Assembly: GCF_009914755.1 (NCBI RefSeq)
Contig: NC_060925.1
Strand: one strand, 5' to 3'
Source: the human T2T-CHM13v2.0 reference genome, Homo sapiens
DNA: 64,000 nucleotides
Shown here piece by piece: positions 41,030-51,700 of the stretch (positions within the stretch are counted from its first letter, which is position 1; each line of letters opens with the position of its first letter). Below the pieces are notes generated by a model. That model had not been told where the DNA came from. It worked only from the letters and a program-made list of their open reading frames with translations, and made no database searches. The position numbers and the translations under genes were made by a program.

Positions 41030-42618
41030 CAGAGACAGAGAGAAAGTGACCTAGTGAATTGGCCAGGTGACATACTGGTAAGGGAGTCAAAGGACACTCT
41101 GAGTTAGTGCCCTCATGACACACAGCAAACTGTGATCATGAAAAGAGTGAGCTCAATAGTTTTCCATAAAATATGCTCAAAATTCGATGCAGTGGCCATG
41201 AGAGTACAGCTTTTGAAGTATGGTCAACCTATGGTACATTAGGAAATGATAAGGGGAGGAAGAAATGGAAACCTAAACATCTACTGCAATGAAAACCAAC
41301 AGCAATGACAGTAGGAGTAATTCAGCCTTCGCTGAAAACATGTCATCAAACACACTCTGTTTTCCCTGAATCTGTTGCCTCCAGGTGTTAACACAGAATT
41401 AAGCATCCACAATTGCTGAAAGTCACCTGGGGCATGGTGGGTTTTGATCTTCTTCCCCTTCTTTTCTTCCCCTTCTTCTTTCCTTCTTTGATCTTCTTCC
41501 CCTTCTTTTCTTCCCCTTCCCCTTCTTTTCAATTTCTGCAATAAATTCAGACATGGACAGACACATTAAGCTGATTCCCCTACACACATAACAATCCACT
41601 GTCTAATCCTCACACAGGGACCTCAGGCTCCTCAGCATAAGAATAGGACACTGTGAGAGATATATTTCAGGAGGCCTGAAGGCTGGTCATGATAGAAATT
41701 CCTCGGTTTTTCTCCCAGAAACTGTGGGTAAAATGTCCCTATTCTAGTAGATCGTTATCTCAATATCATTTGTCCCAAGTTTGTGCAAACAGTTACGCCA
41801 TATTTTTCCAATCAACTTAAAGCAAATACCCTCAAATGATTTCTAGGAGAAAAACTGCAATATTTAGCCCTGTCTCATCAAATACTCAGATTGTTCATGG
41901 TTGTGAGGACTTTAGACACTGAAATTAGAGTGAAAAAGGAAATCTACAAACCCTTGAGTCAAAATCATAGTTCTCTGAATTTGTCACATCTGCCCAGGTC
42001 CAATGTCATGAGAATAGGATCAGGGCGCCACAGGTATGGCCTGAGACTAGGAAGAGAGTCTTGCTCACTGACCCATCCCTTGTCTGGGCTTCCAGGTAGA
42101 ACTAGAGTTTCATTCAACCTACATGTGCCTATAGGTCCTCCCTGTGGCAATGACATCTCTCAGCTCAGTAATGGCCACTTGGAGCAGGAATATGATCTTT
42201 ATATGGAAGACTCAGTGGATCCTTATCACCTTCATAGAAAGGTACTCACCTCCCACGTCAAGAGAAAAGCCAACATGTTTTTCCTCCAATGCATAAAAGG
42301 AACTTCCATAGGGCTGGCAGGAGTCAGGCTGTTCAAGACAACTGGAAGGAGTTGAATAACATCTATCCAGTGAGTCCTGCAAGACTTCAGGCTCTACTAC
42401 CTCCAGCAGCTCCCTGCTGAGCCTGGAAAAGGAGGAAAAAGTAAAGAATAAGCCAGGGGAAATCAGACACAACAGAGCCCCAACTAGGTTTCATGGGTAG
42501 CATAGGGAAGTGGTTAAAAAACTAAAAGGATAGATCCATTAATGAGGTAACAAATTATTGCCTTCATGTTGGGACAGAACAGGGCCAAATGGAAAAGAAT
42601 GAAAGAGAAAGACAGATA

Positions 42619-42669
<51 letters not shown>

Positions 42670-45600
42670 AGAGAGAGAACGAGCTCAGTGAATTGTCCAG
42701 GTGACGCACTGATGAGGGAGTAACAGGACACTCTGAGTTAGTGCCCTCAGGACACACAGCATACAGGGATCATGAAAAGACTGTGCTCAATAATTTTCCA
42801 TAAAATGTGCTCAAGTTTCCATGCAGTCGCCATGAGAATACAGTTTTTGAAGTCTGGTCCACCTACAGTAGGTTAGTAAATGATAAGGGGAGGAAGAAAT
42901 GGAAACCTAAATATCTACTGCAATGAAAACCAACAGCAATGTTAGTAGGAATAATTCAGGCTTGGTTGAAGAGATGTAATCGATAATGTCAGCCCGCTCT
43001 GTTTTCCCTGAACCAGGAGTCTCCAGATGTCAACACAGAAGTAGCTGTTCACAATTGCTCAGTTACCTGGGGCATGGTGGGCCTTGGTCTTCTTCCTCTT
43101 CTTGGTCCTTTTTAATTCCTGCAATACATTCAGACAGGGACAGACAAAATAAGCCAATTCACCTACACCCATAACAGTCCACTGTCTAATCCCCACACAG
43201 GGATCTCAGGCTCCTCAGCATGAGAACAGGACAATGTGAGAGATATACTTCAGGAGGCCTGAAAGCTGGTCATGATATTCTTTGGTTTGCATCTCAGAAC
43301 CAAGGGTGAAATATCCCCATTCTGGTACATCGTTATCCCAAAATCATTTATCCCAAGTTTGTGCAAACAGTTATGCTTTATTGTTCCCATCAGTTCAAAG
43401 AAAATGCCCCAGATGATTTCTAGGAGGAAAACTGCAGTATTCAGCCCTGTCTCATCAAATGCCCAGCTCGTTCATGGATGCAAGAATTTTAGACACTGAA
43501 ATTAGAATGAAGGAGGAAATCTACAAACCCTTCAGTCCAAATCATACTTCTGTGAATTTTTTACATCTGCCTGGGTCCAATGTGCTGAGAGCGGGCTCAG
43601 GTTGCCACAGGCATGGCTGGAGACTAGGAATAGAGCCTTGCTCACTGACCCATTTCATGTCTAGGCTTCCAACTGAGACTACAGTTTCATTACAACCTAT
43701 ATGCGCCCATAGGTCCTGCCTGCGGCAATGACGTCTCTCGGGTCAGTAAGGGGCACTTGGAACAGGAATATCACCCCTATCTGGAAGACCAGGTGGAGGC
43801 TTATCACCTTCACAGTAAGGTACTCACTGTCCACGTCAAGAGCCAAGCCAAGGTACTGTTCCTCCAATGAGTAAACAGCACTGCTGTAGGGCTGGCCTAA
43901 GTCAGGCAGTTCAAGATAACCTGAAGGAGTCGAATAACATCTATCCAGTGAGTCCTGCAAGACTTCAGGCTCTTTCTCATCCAGCAGCTCCCTGCTGAGC
44001 CTGGAAAAGTAGGAAAAAGTAAAGAATAAGCCAGGGGGAATCAGAAACCACACAGCCCCAGCTAGATTTCATGGCTAACATAAGGAACTGTTTAAAAAGA
44101 AAAAGGACAGATCCATTAACGAGGTAATGAATTATTGCCTTTATGTTGGGATAGACCAGGGCCAGGTAGAAAAGAATGAAAGAGAAAGACAGGGAGAGGG
44201 AGAGAGAGAGAGAGAGAGAGAGGAGAAAGTGAGCTCAGCGAGTTGGCCGGGTGACACACTGATGAAGGGGTCAAAGGACACTCTGAGTTAGTGCCCTTGG
44301 GACACACAGCGAACAGTGATCATGAAAAGAGTGGGCTCAATAATTTTCCATAAACTTGCTCAAGATTCCATGCAGTTGCCATACAGCCTTTGAGGTATGG
44401 TCAACCTATAGTAAGTGAGTAAATGATAAGGGGAGGAAGAAATGGAAACCTAAACATCTACTGCAATGAAAACCAACAGCAATGTCAGTAGGAGTAATTC
44501 AACCTTCGTTGAAAACATGAAATTGAACACACTCTTGTTTTCCCTGGACCTGGCATCTCCAGGTGTCAACACAGAATTAAGCATCCATAATTGCTCAAAG
44601 TTACCTGGGGCATGATGGGTCTTGGTCTTCTTCCACTTCTTGGTACTTTTCAATTTCTGCAATAAGTTCAGACATGGACAGACATATTAAGCTCGTTCTC
44701 CTACACACATAACAATCCACTGTCTAATCCTCACACAGGGACTTCAGGCTCCTCAGCATGAGAATAGGACACTGTGAGAGATATTCTTCAGGAGGCCTGA
44801 AGGCTGATCACCACAGAGATTCCTTGGTTTTTGTCCCAGAAACTGTGGGTAAAATTCCCTATTCTGGTAGATCGTTATCCAAATATCATTTGTCCCAAGT
44901 TTGTGCAAATGGTTATGCCATATTTTTCCAATCGATTTAAAGCAAATGCCCCCAAATGGTTGCTAGGAGAAAAACTGCACTATTCAGCCCTGTCTCATCA
45001 AATACTCAGATTGTTCATGGTAGCGAGGATTTTAGACGCTGAAATTAGAGTAAAGGATGAAATCTACAAGATCTACAAAATTTAGACAAAATCAGAGTTG
45101 TGTGAATTTGTCATATCTGCCCAGATCCAACATCTTGAGAGTAGGATTATGGTGCCACAGGCATGGCCTGAGACTAGGAAGAGAGCCTTGCTCACTGACC
45201 CATCCCTTGTCTGGGCTTCCAAGTGGAACTAGAGTTTCATTCAACCTACATGTGCCTATAGGTCCTCCCTGTGGCAATGACATCTCTCAGCTCAGTAACG
45301 GCCACTTGCAGTAGGAATATGACCCTAACCAGAAGACTCAGTGGATCCTTATCACCTTCATAGAAAGGTACTCACCATCCATGTCAATAGCCAAGCCAAC
45401 ACGCTGTTGCTCCAATATGTAAAAGGCACTTCTGTAGGGCTGGCATGAGTCAGTCAGTTCAAGACAACCTGAAGGAGTTGAATAACATCTATCCTGTGAG
45501 TCCTGCAAGACTTCAGGCCCTTTCTCATCCAGCAGCTCCCTGCTGAGCGTGGAAAAGTAGGAAAAAGTAAAGAATAAGCCAGGGGGAATCAGAAACCACA

Positions 45601-45735
45601 CAGCCCCAGCTAGATTTCATGGCTAACATAAGGAAGAGTTTGAAAAGAAAAAGGACAGATCCATTAATGAGGTAACAAATTATTGCCTTTATGTTGGGAT
45701 TGACTAGGGCCAGGTAGAAAAGGATGAACGAGAAA

Positions 45736-45772
<37 letters not shown>

Positions 45773-48700
45773 CGAGCTCAGTCAATTGGTCAGGTGACAC
45801 ACTGATGAGGGAGTCAAAGGACACTCTGTATTTGTGCTCTCAGGACACACAGTGAACAGTGATCATGAAAAGCATGTCCTCAATAATTTTGCATAAAATG
45901 TGCTCAAGTTTCCCGGCAGTTACCATGAGAATACATCTTTTGAGGTATGGTCAACTTTCACTAGGTTAGTAAATGATAAGGGTAGGAAGAAATGGAAACC
46001 TAAACATTTACTCTAATGAGAACCAAAAAGCAATGTAGTAGGCATAATTCAGACTTGTCTGACAAGACAAAATCATTATTTTCAGGATGTACTGTTTTCC
46101 CTGGACTTGGCATCTCCAGGTGTCAACATCAAATTAACTGTCCACAATTTCTCAGACTCACCTGGGACCTGTTGCCTCTTGGTCCTCCTTTTTCACTTGA
46201 TCCCACCGATGTCCTGCAAATAAATTCAGATGGGCCCTCTTACATTAAGTTCTTCCTTGCACACAGAAACATTCCTCTGTCCAATCCTAACACAGGGACA
46301 TCAGTCTTGTCAGTGTGAGAACAGGAGACTTTCAGAGAAATATTCCAGTAGGCCTGAGGTCAAGTCTTGAGAAAACTGGCTTGGGTTCTTTCATGAGCCT
46401 TGGGCAAAATTCCCCTGTGTTGGAATGTTATCTTCCCTATGTGCTCTGTCCTAGGTTTATGTACACAAATGAGCAATTTTTTCCCCAATAAATTGTAGGC
46501 AAATAGTTCTAACACCTCATAGGAGAGATACTTCAATATTAAGCTTTCTCTCATCAAATACCCAGAATTTGATAGTTTATGAGATTGTGGACACAGAGAT
46601 TTGATGAAGGGGTGCAATGTACCAGCTCTTGAGTCAAAATGAAACTTGGTTCTACACAGAAGCATCAGCTATTATGGCTTTTGTGGGTGAAAAGTCAGCC
46701 ATTTATCTAGAAAACATACCAGGAACATGACGGACAGATGAGCTAAAACAAGCGAACTTAGAAGACACAGAAAATGGGAATAAATTCAGTGAAACCTGGG
46801 TCACATCTTTCACTGAGAGGTAGACAAGGGTGACACTGGCCTTGGGCAGGTAAAGAACCACACAGACATGCTTTGGGAACAAAACTCATAAGGAATTTTG
46901 TAGCTGGCAAGAGACATTTAATTCAGATGAGCTGATCTGACAGACAACTCCTGGGCATGTGCTACATAGTTTGGTGTGAGTTTGCCACACCTGCCTTGAG
47001 TTCAATGTCGTGACAGTCAGTCCAGGTTGGCACGGGCATGGCCTGAGACTAGGAAGAGAGTAAAGCTCACTGACCCACCCCATGCCTGTGCTTCAGACTT
47101 GACTCCAGAGTGACTGAAGTCTACATTGATATATAGGTTCAGCCCACGGTGATGGCAAATCTCAGCCCAACAAGGGGCACAAGGCCCAAAGATTATGGGG
47201 TCTACCTGGGCCATGAACTGGAGCTTTATCACCTTCACAATGGAGTACTCACTGCCTATGTCAACAGCCATGCAGACTTGCTGTTCCTCTAATGAGTGAA
47301 ATGTGCTGCTGTAAGACTGGTACGAGGCCAACATTTCAGGAGGAATTGAGAGAGTCGAATAACCTTCATCCCAGGACTCCTGGGGGACTTCCTCCTCTTC
47401 AGACTCCTGCAGATTCCTGATGAGCCAGGCAGGACAGGGATGATAGAAGATTTAACCAACAGACATTAGACAACAAAACCTCCCAGATGATCTGATGGGA
47501 GACAGAATGGAGTGGTCACAGAAACCAAAGGCATTTTTCCTTCAAGAGAAATAAAACTATCCTTCTAAATACAGGGTGGAGGGTGACTGCTCTGGGGACA
47601 GAGCAAAAATGGGCAGCATGTGCTCAGTACATTTGCCACAGATGAGCCAACTCAGGGCACCCGGACTCTCCCTGTAAACTACCATCATGACTTGCAGCAC
47701 AGAGAACTGACACAGGGCTTCAACTACTTTGCATAAATTGGGTTGAATTTTACATGCAGCATTCAAGTGAAGAGAGTTCTTGACGCAGTGCAGACACAGA
47801 TCTTGTGTATTAAGGGCCCCATTTTCCCAATATTTTGATATAATATATTTACTTTTTCAATTTCTTTTCTTGCAAAAATACTAGCCAACATACTACCAAC
47901 AAATAGGAAGAAAGAATATATACACCTCTCCCTGGATTTAAACACATGGGAGAGAATAGGCAACACCAAGAAATCCCTGTTTGAGGGTCTGGAGTGGACT
48001 TCCAGCAAACTCCAACAGACCTGAAGCTGAGGGACCTGACTGTTAGAAGGAAAACTAACACACAGAAAGGAATAGCATCAACATCAACAAAAAAGACATC
48101 TACCCCAAAACCCCATCTGTAGGTCGCCATCATCAAAGACCAAGGGTAGATAAAACCACAAAGGTGGGGAGAAACCAGAGCACAAAAGCTGAAAATTCCA
48201 AAAACCTGACATCCCTTCTCCTCCAAAGGATCGCAGCTCCTCGCCAGCAATGGAACAAAGCAGGATGGAGAATGACTTTGATGAGCTGACAGAAGTAGGC
48301 TTCAGAAAGTCGGTAATAACAAACTTCTCTGAGCTAAAGGAGGATGTGCGAACTCATCGCAAGGAAGCTAAAAACCTTGAAAAAAGATTAGACAAATGGC
48401 TAACCAGAATGAACAGTGTAGAGAAGACCTTAAATGACCTGATGGAGCTGAAAACCATGGCACGAGAACTACGTGATGCATGCACAAGCTTCAGTAGCCA
48501 ATTCGATCAAGTGCAAGAAATGGTATCAGTGATTCAAGATCAAATTAGTGAAATGAAGCAAGAAGAGAAGTTTAGAGAAAAAAGAGTAAAAAGAAATGAA
48601 CAAGCCTCCAATAAATATGGGACTATGTGGAAAGACCAAATCTACGTTTGATTGGTGTACTGAAAGTGACGGGGAGAATGGAACCAAGCTGGGAAACATT

Positions 48701-51700
48701 CTTCAGGATATTATCCAGGAGGACTTCCCCAACCTAGCAAGGAAGGCCAACATTCAAATTCAGGAAACACAGAGAACACCATAAAGATACTCCTCGAGAA
48801 GAGCAACCCCAAAACACGTAATTGTCAGATTCACCAAGGTTGAAATGAAGGAAAAAATGCTAAGGGCAGCCAGAGAGAAAGGTCGGATTACCCACAAAGG
48901 GAAACCCATCAGACTAGCAGCAGATCTCTTGGCACAAACCCTACAAGCCAGAAGAGAGTGGGAGCAATATTCAACATTCTTTTTTTTTTCCATATGTATA
49001 GTTTTCCTTTATTATTTTTTGTGTGTATGTATATATATATATATATTTTTTAATACTTTAAGTCTTAGGGTACATGTGCACAACGTGCAGGTTAGTTACA
49101 TATGTATACATGTCCACATTGGTGTGCTTCACCCATTAACTCATCATTTAACATTAGGTATATCTCCTAATGCTACCCCTCCTCCCTCCCCACACCCTAC
49201 AACAGGCCCCAGTGTGTGATGTTCCCCTTTCTGTGTCCATGTGTTCTCATTGTTCAATTCCCACCTGTGAGTAAGAACATGCGGTATTTGGTTTTTTGTC
49301 CTTGCAATAGTTTGCTGAGAATGATGGTTTCCAGCTTCATCCATGCCCCTACAAAGGACATGAACTCATCATTTTTTATAGCTGCATAGTATTCCATGGT
49401 GTATATGTGCCACATTTTCTTAATCCAGTCTATCATTGCTGGATATTTGGCTTGGTTCCAAGTCTTTGCTATTGTGAATAGTGCCGCAATAAACATATGT
49501 GTGCATGTGTCTTTACAGCAGCATGATTTATAATCCTTTGGGTATACACCCAGTAATGGGATGGCTGGGTCAAATGGTATTTCTAGTTCTAGATCCCTGA
49601 GGAATTGCCACACTGCCTTCCACAATCGTTGAACTAGTTTACAGTCCCACCAACAGTGTAAAAGTGTTCCTATTTCTCCACATCCTCTCCAGCACCTTCA
49701 ACATTCTTAAAGAAAAGAATTTTCAACCAAGAATTTCATATCCAGCCAAACAAAGCTTCATAAGTGAAGGAGAAATAAATCCTTTACAGAGAAGCAAATG
49801 CTGAGAGATTTTGTCACCACCAGGCCTGCCCAAAAAGAGCTCCTAAAGGAAGCACTAAACATGGAAAGGAACAACCGGTACCAGCCACTGCAAAAACATG
49901 CCAAACTGTAAAGACCATTGACGCTAGGAAGAAACTGCATCAACTAACGGGCGAAATAACCAGCTAACATCATAACGACAGGATCAAATTCACACATAAC
50001 AATATTAACCTTAAATGTAAATGGGCTAAATGCCCCAGTTAAAAAACACAGAATGGCAAATTGGATAAAGAGTCAAGACCCATCAGTGTGCTGTACTCAG
50101 GAAACCCATCTCACATGCAGAGACACACATAGGCTCAAAATAAAGGGATGGAGGAAGATCTACCAAGCAAATGGAAAACAAAAAAAGGCAGGTGTTGCAA
50201 TCCTAGTCTCTGATAAAACAGACTTTAAACCAACAAAGATCAAAAGAGACAAAGAAGGCCACTACATAATGGTAAAGGGATCAATTCAACAAGAAGAGTT
50301 AACTATCCTAAATATATATGCACCCTATACAGGAGCACCCAGATTCATAAAGCAAGTCCTGAGAGACCTACAAAGAGATTTAGACTCCACACAATCATCA
50401 TGGGAGACTTTAACACCCCACTGTCAATATTAGACAGATCAATGAGACAGAAGCTTAACAAGGATATCCAGGACTTGAACTCAGCTCTCCACCAAGCAGA
50501 CCTAAAAGACATCTACAGAACTCTCCACCCCAAATCAACAGAATATACATTCTTCTCAGCACCACATCACACTTATTCCAAAATTGACCACATAGTTGGA
50601 GGTAAAGCACTCGTCAGCAAATGTAAAAGAATGGAAATCACAACAAACTGTCAGACCACAGTGCAATCAAATTAGAACTCAGGATTAAGAAACTCACTCA
50701 AAACCACACAACTACATGGAAACTGAACAACCTGCTCCTGAATGACTACTGGGAAAATAACAAAATGAAGGCAGAAATAAAGATGTTCTTTGAAACCAAT
50801 GAGAACAAAGACACAACATACCAGAATCTCTGGGACACATTTAAAGCAATGTGTAGAGGGAAAATTATAGCACTAAATGCCCACAAGAGAAAGCAGAAAA
50901 GATCTAAAATGGACACCCTAACATCACAATTAAAATAACTAGAGAAGCAAAGCAAACAAATTCAAAAGCTAGCAGAAGACAAGAAGTAACTAAGATCAGA
51001 GCAGAACTAAAGGAGATAGAGACACAAAAAACCCTTCAAAAAATCAATGAATCCAGGGCTGGTTTTTTGAAAAGATCAACAAGAAAACCCTGTTTGGCTA
51101 GTTCACCTGGCTCATCTGATGGCAAGTTCCTATCTTGAGAGGACTATGAAATTAAAACCAATACAAGTGCCACAAATAACATACAACATTGTAAATCAGC
51201 ACAATTTGTAGCTGGGTGAATGGAAGAAATAGTTCTATTCATCACTTCCTCATTTTCCCTAAATCTACAATCTCCAGATGTCACTACTGAATTAACAGCC
51301 AACAATTCCACAACATTACCTGGGAGACACTGGCCCTTTTTCTTCCTCTTCCTCATCATCACTTTCATTTTCTGTAAATAAATTCAGAGAAGCAGGTCAC
51401 ATTAAGCAATTCATACTTCACATATGAACAAATCACTGTCCAGTCATAGCACAAGGACATAACTATTCTCAGTGCAAGAATAAGGATTCTGACAGGAATA
51501 TTCTAGGGTGTCCTAGATTAACTTTGGTGAGAATTAGATGACCCTGCTTTCCAGACCCACAGGCCAAAATCTCCCTCTACGTGTAGACCATAATGCCATA
51601 TTCCCTGCCTGAGTCAAAGTTAAACAAAATTTTTTCCCCAAAAAAATCTCCAAAAATTGGTCAAACAATTTTCTAAGAGTGTTGCTGCGATACGGACTTA

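Larger units (their letters stand above)
1..45700. repeat. Tandem array of ~4.72-kb units (~9.7 copies), each made of three diverged ~1.55-1.6 kb subunits
   Basis: Homologous HLS3 exon ends at 4460, 9182, 13906, 18620, 23355, 28088, 32806, 37528, 42250 (spacing 4714-4735); copies differ only by scattered SNVs and microsatellite length. Confidence 0.98.

Noticed and set aside
1-45700. Array as CRISPR, satellite or a novel repeat-based system
   Set aside because: Units are 4.7-kb exon/intron blocks with no spacers; fully explained as Olduvai triplets
48250-50675. L1 ORF1/ORF2 fragments as active or domesticated genes
   Set aside because: Both start codons are mutated, there are frameshifts and stops, ORF1 is interrupted and the RT domain is absent
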